A DNA stretch of 64,000 nucleotides from the NCBI GenBank assembly GCA_946965045.2, contig OX337231.1, positions 248,001 to 312,000 of the forward strand, read 5' to 3'. The position numbers were made by a program, and so were the translations under genes. Source of the stretch: Epithemia pelagica (lineage: Eukaryota > Protista > Bacillariophyta). The notes beneath the pieces were generated by a model. The model did not search any database. It was not told the DNA's origin and was given only the letters and a program-made list of their open reading frames with translations. This document shows positions 20,958 through 32,823 of the stretch, one piece after another (the stretch's first letter is position 1; every line of letters begins with the position of its first letter).

Positions 20958-23117
20958 ATGAAGCGATCCTCACCAAAAAGAACAACAACAAGAAGAAGGA
21001 GCCAAGGCATGGAAACGAGTCGACAAACAGAACACCACTGGAGGACGAAACCAACCGTTCTTTGTTGGATGTACGGTTTGTTGCTGATACTCTGGATTCC
21101 TCGTACGACTGCCTCTTCTTCTTCTTCTCCTCCCTCCTTGGAGGGTCGTTTGTTGCGCATTACTGTCTTGTTGGAGGGCGGGTTTTTGGATCGGCGCTTT
21201 AACGACAATGGCCAGCCCGTCTATTCCGGTTATATCATTGATGTCGTCAAAGCCTTGTCGCAACGGGCCAATTTTACCTACGAATTGCGAACGCCCAGTG
21301 GCAAGGGATCGGATTGCACGCCGCAAATTACCGGCGACCACCAAGACGACCGCTTGTACCACGCAGACTATACCAATCAATACAATTGTGGCAGCAACGA
21401 TGTCAATGAATTGCCGGCGTCGGATGGACAGGCGACGGACCTCTATGCCGGCATGTTTTATATTTCGCCGCCCCGACAGTTGAAAAATCGCTTCACCATG
21501 CCCTTTTCGCCGCCCACCAAGGGCACCCTCGTCATGTATGGGACGGCCATGGAATTGGATCGCATCGACGATTTGGTCGTGGCGCAACGTGAGGGTCGTC
21601 AACCACCGGCCTGCGTGTTTGGATCGACCGCCAATGTCGAGTTTTTGCAACAAGCCTTTCCGGGCATTCAAATTGCCGAGTTTTTTGGAGCCGACGGCGA
21701 TGTCTATCAAAGCATGCTTTCGGGCGAATGTCCCATTCACATTGTCGATTATCCCATTGCCACGCAATTTGTCTTGCATCAATTTGAAAAGGATCAATGT
21801 CTCGGGGCCAATCAACAACCCATTGGGGTGATTGGAGAACCCATGTCGTTTGGGTTGACCCATTATGCCTTTGGCGTGCGCAACGAATTGCCCTTGAACG
21901 TCGTGGAAACCTTGTCGTATTGGATCAATATTTTAATGACGTGCAATCCGCAAGATCCCGTGGGGGCCTGTCCCAATGGACAAGGCCTGGCCGCTCTCTA
22001 TCAAAACCAGGGTGGTACCGGCAAGGAATGTGGCCATGTCTTGTATCCACCCACCACGGAAACCAAACAAGACAAGGTCAATGTGGCCGTCGTGACGGGC
22101 GTCCTTGTCGGCAGTGTGGGCCTCATTCTGGTCGTCTTGACCATTGCCCATGTATTGAGACTCAAACAACAAGAACAACGCTACAAACGACGCTTTGTCG
22201 AACAAATTGCCCGCAATATTGAAATTGGACCCTCGCCCGGACTCATTACACCAGAAAAATTGGCCCAAGAAATTCAACACATTGCCCATGGCAAGGGCTT
22301 TATTTGCAAACAAGATTTGCAACAATGGATGAATGATATCAAATTAACGTTTTTGTCCGAACGCGATTTCGATGCCCTGTGGGATGCCATGGATATTCGA
22401 CGGACCGATCAAGTGGATCCCATTGAATTTCTCCTCTTTTTGTCGGCCTGCGGGCCCCAATTTGAACAAGTTTATCATCATCATGCCTCCTTGCCCAAAA
22501 CGGAACGACTCAAATTGGCCGCCCGACGCTTGTCCAATTTCACCGCGCTCGGAGAAGAAGGGGTGCGCAAAATTGAACACAAACTCGATCGGGGATCGCG
22601 TGAATTGGTTCCCATGGCCATGACGGGCGCCGCCGACAATCACAAGAATAATACCATGGAGGGTGGATTGTTTGGCAAACCCAAACGAAGTGGGACCAAC
22701 AGTCTTGAGCAACTCATCAATAACAACAACAATATGACATCACGACCGCGATCGCTTCGACGACTCTTTACGGCACGAACCGTGAACACAATGACCGAAA
22801 CACAACCTTCCTCCTCGGTAGTATTGCCTTACAAACAAGACGAGGATGAGCCAGATGCCAGTGACGTGACAGAGGAGGACACCACCAAGGAACTATCGGA
22901 CCGACAACCGCATTCGGTCACAACCTCCTTGGCATACCAATCATCCAGAAGTGATCCTCCTCTGTCGCCTTCTCATTTTGACGAACACGAGGAGGAAGAG
23001 GAAGAAGAAAAGCAAGAAGAAGAGGAGCAAAAGGAAGAAGAAGAAGACGACGACGACGAGGAAAACAAGGACAACCCTCCAGTTCTACCACACGAAGTCA
23101 GTCCAACCTCCAGATGA
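20958..23117 (+). CDS. Single-pass membrane receptor: N-terminal hydrophobic signal, periplasmic-binding-protein type II (iGluR-like ligand-binding) domain, TM helix, cytosolic EF-hand pair and acidic tail
   Basis: GRLLRITVLLEGGF...YSGYIIDVVKALSQRANFTYEL and DLYAGMFYISPPR...FTMPF. TM segment VAVVTGVLVGSVGLILVVLTIA. EF-like motifs IQHIAHGKGFICKQDL and AMDIRRTDQVDPIEF. Confidence 0.8.
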   Translation: MKRSSPKRTTTRRRSQGMETSRQTEHHWRTKPTVLCWMYGLLLILWIPRTTASSSSSPPSLEGRLLRITVLLEGGFLDRRFNDNGQPVYSGYIIDVVKALSQRANFTYELRTPSGKGSDCTPQITGDHQDDRLYHADYTNQYNCGSNDVNELPASDGQATDLYAGMFYISPPRQLKNRFTMPFSPPTKGTLVMYGTAMELDRIDDLVVAQREGRQPPACVFGSTANVEFLQQAFPGIQIAEFFGADGDVYQSMLSGECPIHIVDYPIATQFVLHQFEKDQCLGANQQPIGVIGEPMSFGLTHYAFGVRNELPLNVVETLSYWINILMTCNPQDPVGACPNGQGLAALYQNQGGTGKECGHVLYPPTTETKQDKVNVAVVTGVLVGSVGLILVVLTIAHVLRLKQQEQRYKRRFVEQIARNIEIGPSPGLITPEKLAQEIQHIAHGKGFICKQDLQQWMNDIKLTFLSERDFDALWDAMDIRRTDQVDPIEFLLFLSACGPQFEQVYHHHASLPKTERLKLAARRLSNFTALGEEGVRKIEHKLDRGSRELVPMAMTGAADNHKNNTMEGGLFGKPKRSGTNSLEQLINNNNNMTSRPRSLRRLFTARTVNTMTETQPSSSVVLPYKQDEDEPDASDVTEEDTTKELSDRQPHSVTTSLAYQSSRSDPPLSPSHFDEHEEEEEEEKQEEEEQKEEEEDDDDEENKDNPPVLPHEVSPTSR

Positions 23118-23393
23118 AGAATGGCAGTGGAATGAGAGTATCAAAGCTGCTCATACATTGACAAAAGCTCCAGCCAAGAGGACTGTCAATCGAGAGATTT
23201 CGCAGAGGAGAACGGCATGTTACGTCGAGTCAATTCTTCACCATCCTCCAACACACCCGAGAGTGGCATTGTGTATACTATAGAACGACTACTTCATTTT
23301 TGCATTTCTGTTTTCGGATTCCCAGTTTGTGGTTAGATTGGCTCCAATTTGGATCGCACTGATACGGATAAGAATTAAGATATGGTAGCACCC

Positions 23394-23447
23394 AAGAAAA
23401 ATGAGGCTTATTCTCAACGACTAAGAAAAATGAGGCTTATTCTCAAC
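23394..23447 (+). repeat. 29-bp tandem duplication
   Basis: aagaaaaatgaggcttattctcaac occurs at 23394 and 23423. Confidence 0.85.
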
Positions 23448-24026
23448 CAAATCAATACACGGGGTACAGCAGCTTTGCTCCAGAAATCCAACGACTTTTA
23501 CCAACTGGCGAGCACATTGACAAGGATTCCTCGCCGACTCAAAAAGCTTTCGTTCCCAGGCAGACAGTGTGTTGTCGGCATGGTCCGGAGACTCAAATTC
23601 ACATGCTAGCAAAAGAGCGCTTCACCACATTATATGTGTTGTGCGTATCAGTCCAAGTGGTTTGGCCATCTAGAATTCCCCAGGGTTGATTCACAGGAAA
23701 CAATGTCGCTTTGTAAGTGCAGAAAAAGAACGATGACGAAGTGAGGGGTGGACGGACATTGTGGACATGGTTGCCTAACTTGGCTGCCAGGGTCAGGTTC
23801 CCAGTATATCAAGTTGAAGGATTCTTATCCGAAAGCTACTGTATTCTATAGTCGAGGAGGAGAATAGCATTTTGCCAGCCAACTGGAGCCACAGAGACAT
23901 ATATCACTATGCTTTAATTATCCAAGCGTACTTTCATGTTTCATTTCTACCACACAGTGATATGGAATCTTTTGCATTATGTTAATATGGAATGTTTTGT
24001 GTTCTGCTGTGGTTTCCTCACAACAG

Positions 24027-27000
24027 TCAGTAAACCAACTCGACAAGCCACTTTGCAAACTGCTTGGTTGATTGCATATGGGGAGTCAAGGCATTGCGGT
24101 ACAAAGGTTGAAGGTCTCGCAACGCAGAAGTGGGTGCCCAAAAGACGGCATCCGTTAGGGGAATACAGTGCTTGTTGCAGATCTGTGTTTTATCCATGAC
24201 CAACGACTCCATGCACTCATCCACAATCATCGATCGTCGTTCTAGGACATTGTCATCATCAAGATCATCATCCTCTCCATCAGAACCGAGAAACAGGGGT
24301 GCGTCATCGTCCCCTTCCTCCCACATTGCTTGGTCTTCCATGGCAATAACCTTGTTTCGCAGAACGCAGTCCACATGGGAAAGAACAATACGAACCTTGC
24401 ACGTTTTGCGGACCTTGTCAAGTAACTTTTTCGCTGGAAAGCAGCGACTGTTCAACTTGATAAAAAATAAAATACAATCAACGGCAGGTAGCATGGCTAC
24501 AAGGTTGGACACATCCGCACCGGCAAATGTATCGTTACCATTCATACCGGGGAAATCCAATACGTTCACCAAAGTCTCCGTGCCATCCAAAGTCTGAACT
24601 CGTATGACATAAGTTTGCTGCTCCGTAGTACGTTCGTGGTATTGTTGACGACACGCGTTGGCCACAAATGAAGTCTTGCCGCTCCCGGGCTCTCCTACGA
24701 CTGCAATGGTAAAGACGCTCTTTTTAGCCAAATGCAATCGCAAGGACAAGATGGGATCCACATAGTTGCGGGCAAAAGAGACAATCTCGCCGCGGTCCTC
24801 GGTCCTCAAGTCTTCCAAAGCTTCATCTCCAACCACACTTTTCCCCGTGTCGTCCGATACGCGCACTAACTGCATTTGTTTCAACAACGTCAGTTCATGA
24901 CTCTGTAAACTATTACTGTTGTACCCTCCTGAAGAGCATTTCTCCTTGACAAGTGTCGATAGAATAAACTTCTCCGCGATGGCACAAGAGACATGGGAAC
25001 CCAGTCTCCTTTGCATCATAATTGCAGCAAACCCATTGAATGTCAAAACCATACCAACACTCACACATGTTAACGCATCAAGCGCCGTTACAATCCCTAC
25101 TGCAACCGGACCTCCAAGCATCCAAAATCCAAAAAACATTGCACCAATGCCAAGTTTCGCAACATTCCCATTAAATGTCCGAAACTTATTTTGAGCCTTG
25201 GAAATGAGTGAACCAAATTTTGTCAAAGTGATATAAATAATGGCAGCTTCATAGCGATACATTCCAGTAGATGCCTTAGCAGCCGTCACATCTACTGACA
25301 AGAAATTGGTTGTCAGAGGCATTGTGAAAGCAGTCGTCCTTGTTCTTCCGTCGCCTCCCGAAGAGAATCTCGATGTCACGGTGGAGACTTGGAACTTCTG
25401 ATTTTTTGTCAATGCGGCCACCATTGACAACGTCAGCTCACAAAGTACCTTTGAACGATCCTGTTGCGGCAAGTCCAGAACTCGAAAGATTTCTGCCATT
25501 TCCTCTTCTTCTTGTTTATTAATGTTTGACGAAACAAGGAAATCGTCCATTTTTTTGGCGATCGCTAGAGTTTCCATTGCAGAAATGACATGCTCGCCAT
25601 TATCAGGTTTCTTTTTAGAAGACCCACTGTGTTGAGAGGCATCATGAATATCACGCGGTCTTCCCTTTACTTGATTCTTGCGATTGATGCTCAATAATTG
25701 TAATGCTCGAGTGTGTGCCAGCAAATCCATGTATGAGCCTTGTTCAATCCTGCGTTGACGATTTTGAAACCAATCCTGTTCTACGTCTATTTCCTTGACC
25801 ATCTCCGACGATAAGAAGGTCGACCGGAAAACCAGTTTAAGCTTCATTGGGCGTTCCCCCTTCGGAGAGCGGTATGACACAGAGAAATAGTATGACAAAG
25901 CCATAGACGAGACCGATATCAAGCATGCTTCCGTAATCCTGTGGTGTTCACCATTATGTCCCACCAGAGACACATCCCCCAAGGACAAAGGAAGTATCGA
26001 ACCAAGACGACGACCAAGGATTTCAAATCGAATTCGATTGCCATCTTCAAAGCCAATACGCATGATATCCGAAAAATGGGGTTCCCATAGTTCTTGAATG
26101 TTCTTGGTTTCGTATGGGACATTTACAACATCACAATCTTTGAAGGTTTCTGTTGCGTGAAGCTGCGGTTTAACCTTGACGCATTTCTGTAAGAGATCGA
26201 AATAGGTCTTCATTCTGTGAATTTGATTGCCGGTCACTGATGAGTGTTTTTTCCCAGCGGCCCGTACCTTCCTCGCCGCACCTGTCAATCGAATCTCGGA
26301 TGTCTCAGATATCGGAGTTTTTCCCGACTGAACATTGTACGTGGATCCTACAGGTACGTATGTGAGTCCACTAGCACATGTTTGAAAAAGGAGATCAGGA
26401 CCAACGTCATCGGGATGAGCCCAGTTTTCCAAGGAAGTGGAATCTCCAACTGTGTTCAACGTTTCAGCAAATTTTTCACTGGCAAAGTAGGGGGATCCAA
26501 AGGTATAGCAGACAATACGATCTTTCCCAAAGGTGGCATTTTTGAGTAAAATGACTGTTGCGATACTTGCGATTGTGCCTCCCCACTCCCCACCCATGGC
26601 CACACAACACCAAACGTTTCCCTCCCTCACTGTGTTCCATTTCGAGGTCCACAAGAGGGAGATATGTTTCAGCAAGTTCAAGACAACCGCGATGAACGGC
26701 ATCAAAGTCAATGGATGAGTCGTAGGTTTTTGGAATACCAAAACCGCACGCCTCTCCAGGGTCACGGGTAGCGTCCGTTTCAGTCTTGCGGGGTGGTTGT
26801 GATGGGGAAGAGCTAACAACCAGATACAAAGTGTCTCGGTCCGTATCCGACCCAATGGCGTACAAGAAAGCTTTGCCGCTTCGTGACGTTGATGGGGCAC
26901 ATGCCAATCCGTCCAAGGAACAAAAATTGAACTTGTTCAGAAAAGTGAGGGGTGGCTGATGGTTCTGAGCCTCACATAATAGAGCCGCATTGAGACGCTC

Positions 27001-27036
27001 ATAGTCGTAATGGTTTGGCTTCGAAACCGTCTTCAT
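24027..27036 (-). pseudogene. Class-3-lipase-like domain + central helical/TM region + C-terminal P-loop GTPase fusion (1000 aa when repaired), frameshifted by a 7-bp duplication at 26580-26593
   Basis: Lipase_3 motifs VHRGCL, LVLCGHGWGG (nucleophile elbow without Ser), IVCYTFGSP and AHPDDVGP. GTPase motifs GEPGSGKTS, VLDFPG and LSHVD. Removing one GTGGGGA copy joins the two tool ORFs into one 3003-nt frame. Confidence 0.8.
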
Positions 27037-27075
27037 GGTTCTGTTATGGATTGTTGGCTTTGGATATCTTTCAAC

Positions 27076-27790
27076 TTAGGTCACTATGACTGAGGAAACC
27101 TTGAGGCTTGTTTGAGACTTTCCTGTGAAAGATTTTTCGATGGAAGAAAGATCTTTGGACATGAAGTTCAAGCATTTGAGAATTTCCTGTGAAAAATATC
27201 CTTGCAACGAGTAACCATCGGTGCTCATGAAGTCGTACGACATCACACTTCCGGGTGCTTCTAAGGTCTCCGAGGAGAACTCTCCCCTCGTGCGTCGATA
27301 GTTCCTAGGTTGTTTGAGGCTTGCAGTAAAACAAAAGATTGTTTTCTGTAGAGGTCCCGTCTTTGTTCTCGAATCCTGATATTTGGAGGCATTTTTCTTC
27401 TGCGAAACAATGACTGTCTCTTTGTATGAGCTGCCTGCCTGGCTCTCTTCTTGTTGCTGTAACTCTTTTGCAATCCGACTGACACGATGGTTTCCATTCA
27501 GGACAATCTTTTGCTTTTGGATACGAATCCCTTTCCTCAAAAATGGCAACAGGATGACGAGAAGGGGGTCGTAGCACAAGGACTTTTCCGTGTCAGTAGG
27601 TTCTGAGAGAGGTTGGACGTTCGAAAACGAGCCAATGGCACCGACACCAAAGACTATATAGGAAGCAGAGCACGACACCATAACAACCCCCAGGACCGTC
27701 GTCTCGCCACTTGCATAGTCGTGTAGATATACCCCACTCCAAACAGTCCTCTCTATGCCACGCAAGAAATTGTTAGTCCTTGTCAATTGT
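27076..27790 (-). other. Open frame of unknown function between the GT15-like pseudogene and the lipase-GTPase; its upstream part is duplicated at about 46885-47110
   Basis: DYASGETTVLGV...QPLSEP...EKSLCY versus NYASDETTVLVV...LSQPIGNEKSFCY at 46.95-47.1 kb. No clear start codon. Confidence 0.3.
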
Positions 27791-28950
27791 TCATCCTCCC
27801 ACCATGACGGGACTACTTGCGAAACTCGGCGGGTATGGAGCGTTCCTATAGCCCTCCAGGGCCGCATTGTGAAGAACCTGGAGGGTTGCGACTGCATATT
27901 CCAGACCAAGATCGGTGTCAAGACGGCGCAACGCCACCTTGATCGTCGTATTCGCGACACAAGAAACAATCGCCAATCCACGTTTCGGCAAAGTGTTGGA
28001 CTTCAGGACTCCGATAAAAGTCGAGATTGGTGATATGGAAAAATCCATGAATCAAGGGAATGCGAGCGTCGGGACAGTCTTCCAGACTGGCACCCAAATG
28101 GCTCACCAGTGTCCCATTTTGCAGTCGGACACGACACTGGGATTGTGGAAAGGAATCGTTACTGTGTCGTTGCATCTCAGGACCCTTGGCGCGTCCTTGA
28201 GGAAAATTGTCCAAGAAACTGGCGAGATTGTGTTGCAAAAAGAAGGCAACTGGATCGCAATCCCACACTTTGGTACAAGAACCGTCGGTATCCATCCAGA
28301 GCATAGTGTGGTACGACGCCAGTGATGGATGCGTCCAAATATGCCAGGCTCGAAATTCCGCTTGCCAATTTTAGGCAATGCGACCCGGACCATTGGAACC
28401 AGGTGAAATTGTGCGGTGTGGTACCATTACAACGCTCCCGAAATTTGGCACGGGCGCGACAAGGCTGCAATTTCGGCATGTCATCCCCAATGGTCGAACA
28501 CGACCGTCCACTTGGCCGGAGCGACCAGGCCTCCAACCACTATCGTACAAGACTCGGTGGATGGATGTTGTAGGCATGTCGCAACAAACAGGGGGATTGT
28601 TCCAACAACCAGTGCCATGGATGCAAACCATGACAGGCAAGTTGGTAGCAATCACGACACGGATGAAATGCCGTTCAACTTCCGGAACGGAGGAACAAGG
28701 AGTAAAGATCGTCGATGGAGCAGTAGTCGTATCCAGACTTGTGCTGGATGGATCGTCCGGTTCAAGACAAGTTGTTGCTGCTGCTGCTGCCAGTGGTGGT
28801 TGTCACTACGAGAGGAACCCAGATCGAGGAACGTGCAGCGTTTAACTTGACCACCACAATCCAAATGACAAACGCCATCCCAATGACCATTCCTGGTGGT
28901 AATGGGCGGACGTAATCGACGCAAGTTGGAAGAGGGAAGGAAACCATCAT
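27791..28950 (-). pseudogene. GT15 (KRE2/MNT1)-like glycosyltransferase paralog 1, multiply frameshifted
   Basis: Fragments in three frames match the intact copies, including MLWMDTDG...IHGFFHITNLDFYRS...EYDDQGG and the TM segment GMVIGMAFVIWIVVV. Confidence 0.85.
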
Positions 28951-29314
28951 GGTCCTGCTGCTTCCCGTCCTCGGTTGGAAAAGATGGGGGGAACAATAAA
29001 TCAAATCGAATGGGGGTTCCATAAAATGGGGGCGCGGGGCCCCCAAACTCTCGGGCGCCTCCGGAGATCAGCGGGTCCGCATGGTGGTCGCGTTTGGGTG
29101 CACCACGTCACGCAAACAGCAAGATTCTGCACCTCGGTTTTGCTTTCGCTGCTGCGCTCCATCATGTAGATATGGGATATGGGGCTAGACGATCCACAAG
29201 TCCATTCCCACAGCACGACTTTAGACAAGAAGAAGAAAGAACGAACGAACAAACAACAACAACAGCAGAATTCATCAACCCCTTCTCTCCGCAAGGAAAA
29301 AACGGCAAACCATC

Positions 29315-31584
29315 ATGAGGCTGTCGTGGAACCTGGCGGTTTCGATTCTTCTTCTTCTTGTAGCTGCGGCCAGAGTGACGACCTTTTCCATTTCTTTGTC
29401 GTCGTCGAGACCCGCTGTTGCAACATCCCCAAAACGGACAGCGGCCGGTTCGGGAACGTCCATTCTTCATGCTCCCCAAAATCCAATACTCCATATTACA
29501 ACCACAAAAAGAACAACAACCAGTGCCTTGTCCATGGTCGTGGGTGGTTCCTCGTTGGAAGCCTTGAGGGAAGAATTGCCCTCGCAGACTGTCATTAATG
29601 CCATTGTTCAAAGCAGCCAAACAAGCCGGGGCGACAGCAACACCAAACAGGTGACGGTCGTGGCGGCCGATGTGGCAGCCACGGCCGGTGTGAGTTTGAC
29701 GCAAGCCCAACGCGACTTGTCCGTCTTGGCCAGTTTGGTCCAAGGCGATTTGGCCGTGGACGAGAGTGGCGAATTGCTCTATACCTTTTCGGGCGACCTT
29801 GCGGCCGCCTTGGCCCAGTCGTCGGTTCAATACAAAGTCTTGCAAACCTGGCAACAAGTGTGGCCCGTCTTGTTTTGGGGATTGCGCGTCACCTTTGGGG
29901 CCGCCCTCGTTGCATCGATTGCCGCCATTTTTTCCACAATCTTTTTCCTGCAAACGAGCAGTAGCAGCAGTGACAGTGACGATCGTCGCGACAATGGCAA
30001 TCGGAGCAGCAACATGAGTTTTGGCGGTGGTTGGTCCTATTGGTGGGGACCGAGTCCCTTTGATTTCTTTTATTATCGTCCCTACGGGGCCTATGGTTAC
30101 TACGGTCGACAAGGCAACAACAACCAAGACGAAATGGGATTTTTGGAATCCGTCTTTTCCTACGTCTTTGGCGATGGCAATCCCAATGCGTCCTTGGACG
30201 AACGACGCTTGACCTTGGCCGCCCAAACCATTCGACGAGCCGGAGGAAGTGTCACGGCCGAACAATTGGCACCCTTTTGTGATCCGCCTTCAAACAACAA
30301 CAACAACGAGGATGATGCATCCTATGTCGATGAGGTACGTACGTGCGACCGACAAGAATCGTAGATATCCTCCACCTTGTTGTGTTGTGTGTTCCAGTGC
30401 AAGACGATGCACCATTTGTGGGAGGAGGAGGACGTTTTTGCAGTTTTCGCACAGTGTGTCTCATGGAATGTGTCATTCGTCGTGTCAATGTTGTTGTGTT
30501 TGTGTGTATGGTTCCATGGCCCTCCCCTTTTTCGCAACGACAGAGTTTTGTCCTTCCCATTGTCACCGCCTTGAATGGCGAACCTCGTGTCACACCCGAC
30601 GGCGATATTGTCTATGTCTTTGGCGAGTTGCAAGTCACGGCGCAACAACAAGAGGATGACGACAACCAAACCACTGGCACTACTGGCAATTCCAAAGAAG
30701 CCCTATTGTTGCGTCGTGCCGGCTTGTCGGAAACGGCTTCGACCCGAGACATTGCCCGATTGTTGGAATACAGTGGCTATCGCCTTCCTCGTCGGCGTGG
30801 TGCGGTGGAACGAGCGGACTTGCTCCAAGTCTTGGAACAAGTCGTGCCGCCCCTCTCGGCAAGGGAACAAGAAGAATTGGAACTGGCCTCGGAAACGTCC
30901 TTTTTGCAAGAACGGGAATGGCAATTCAGTGTGGCCCCCGACTTGAACAAGGGATTGGCGGCGGTCTTGGGCATTGTGAATTTGGGAGGAGCCGCCTATT
31001 TGGGCAACTTGTTGGGGCAACTAAAGGCCGCACAAGCAGCTGGCATGGTCCTGACGTTGCCGCCCTGGTTGACCGTCGTCCAAGGCTTGTATCCGGCCCT
31101 CTTGACCTATGCCGTCTTGTTCAATGTGATTCCCCTCGTGCGCAATTTTTGGCTGCAACAACAAAATGCCAAGATTCGACAACGCAATCAAGCCCGACGG
31201 AATTGGAAAGTCGCCTTGGCCCAAGCCCTGGAATCCAAATCCAACAAGGATCCAAAATTCAGTCGGTTGCGTCGCAAAGTACAAGCGGCCAAAACCATGG
31301 GACGACAATTGTGGCGGGCCGGTCAAACCACAGTCTTTGATACCGCGCAAACCACACTGCAAGACTTGCAACAAGAAAAAAGTCAACGAGACTTGCAAGC
31401 CTTTGATCAACAATTGCAACAACAAGAACAACAAGAACAATCAGCACCAAAGGAATTGCCCGAATCGTCGTCCAATCCCGTCCTACCACTCGACGACAAG
31501 ATCAACAACAACAATAGTACAGTCTTGAAACAACCAACGGAATCCAGCAGCAGCAGCACGACGACAGAATCCTCCTCCTCCTAG
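29315..31584 (+). CDS. Plastid-targeted membrane protein similar to Arabidopsis At5g03900 / cyanobacterial homologues; intron 30335-30543
   Basis: Signal peptide followed by a Ser/Thr/Arg-rich transit peptide. Family-type motifs VVAADVAATAGVSLTQAQRDL..LASLVQGDLAVDESGELLYTF, FLESVFSYVFGDGNPN and GGSVTAEQLAPF. The phase-0 intron GAG|GTACGT...CAG|AGT yields YVDE-SFVLPIV...GEPRVTPDGDIVYVF. Confidence 0.85.
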
Positions 31585-31860
31585 CAACAACAACAAACAG
31601 CAATACTTGAGTAAGAGGATAATTCGTTTTAGAGATAGAACCCTTGGAATGGATACGGGCCTTTTACTTTTGTACTGTGATGGATTGTACTAGTTTGTTT
31701 CATTCTCCGTCTTTCAGTCGATGTGGAATCGAGATGTTGTGCTCAAAAAACCAAACAAGGACCCACACAATCTCCATACCAACCAACCTTTTTTTTTGAA
31801 GCGCATTCTCTGTATCCGAGAGTAAGAGTGCGTTTGTGGGATGTTGATTCGTGATGATGA

Positions 31861-32802
31861 TTAGACCAGTGAGAGCGGACGGTCGTCCTCTTGTGGAGGA
31901 CGAGGTTCCTTCCTATTCCTAGTAGTAGTAGTGTGTTGTTGTTGTTGTTGTTGTTGTTGTTGGGAACAAGATGGTGACGGTGAGGCACCAGACAATTGTT
32001 GCAACCGTTGTTGGACGGCGACTTGAAATCGGTAGGGATCCTGAACATGCAATATACGAATGATAGGTGGTTGTGGTTGTTCGGGAGGTGAGTTGGGACC
32101 CGAAGTCTCCGCCTCCTCATCATTATCATGGTCGGCCTGTGGATCGCAGTACAAGAGAATTTGCTGACAATTCTTCATGGGTGCGACAAAGAATCGGGCC
32201 AAGCGTCGAGATCCACACGATTGGGAGGCATACTTTTGCTCAAAGGAGGCGGTAACGTCTTGTACCCGTACCTCTCGAATACTCGACAAGGGAATGCCAA
32301 CGACACCACCACCACCCGCAATAGGAGTCCGAGTCGCAGATTCGTCCGGATTGTCCAGACGGACAGCGGATGGATCGTACCAAAGGTGGGTTGCATCCAG
32401 GGTGATTTGTCTCTGGTCTTGATCTTGTGCTTCGTCGCTCCATTTGGCAATTTTGCGACGATACTCTTGTCGCAGACGTCCCTTGCGCCACCACGAAGGA
32501 ATGAGGACCAGACCAATGGCAGTCAGCAACAAGCCATTCAAGACCAGTGTGACGGCAGCGCCCGTTTGATTTGTGGTTGTGGCAGCTACCCAAATGCCAC
32601 CTGCCAACAAGGTTGTACCCAGCCCAACCACGACGACAATCGTCCAAGCCGTAGCACGTTGCATCGTGTACAAGAGCGACATGTAAATGGTGGCATCGTA
32701 GGCAAACGTGACGACTTCTTCTTCTTCGTCTTGTTCTTCCAGTTGTACCCTCGGATCCAGAGTGTTGTCGTCGTTGTTTGGCATGCTAGCACAATTGGTC
32801 AT
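31861..32802 (-). CDS. Membrane protein with two TM helices and a PH-like C-terminal domain
   Basis: Hydrophobic segments AWTIVVVVGLGTTLLAGGIWV and AVTLVLNGLLLTAIGLVLIP, followed by ITLDATHLWY...IPLSSIREVRV...IRILHVQDP, resembling a bacterial-PH pattern. Confidence 0.6.
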   Translation of the reverse strand: MTNCASMPNNDDNTLDPRVQLEEQDEEEEVVTFAYDATIYMSLLYTMQRATAWTIVVVVGLGTTLLAGGIWVAATTTNQTGAAVTLVLNGLLLTAIGLVLIPSWWRKGRLRQEYRRKIAKWSDEAQDQDQRQITLDATHLWYDPSAVRLDNPDESATRTPIAGGGGVVGIPLSSIREVRVQDVTASFEQKYASQSCGSRRLARFFVAPMKNCQQILLYCDPQADHDNDEEAETSGPNSPPEQPQPPIIRILHVQDPYRFQVAVQQRLQQLSGASPSPSCSQQQQQQQQQHTTTTRNRKEPRPPQEDDRPLSLV

Positions 32803-32823
32803 TTGTCCTTCTAGCTGTTTGTG

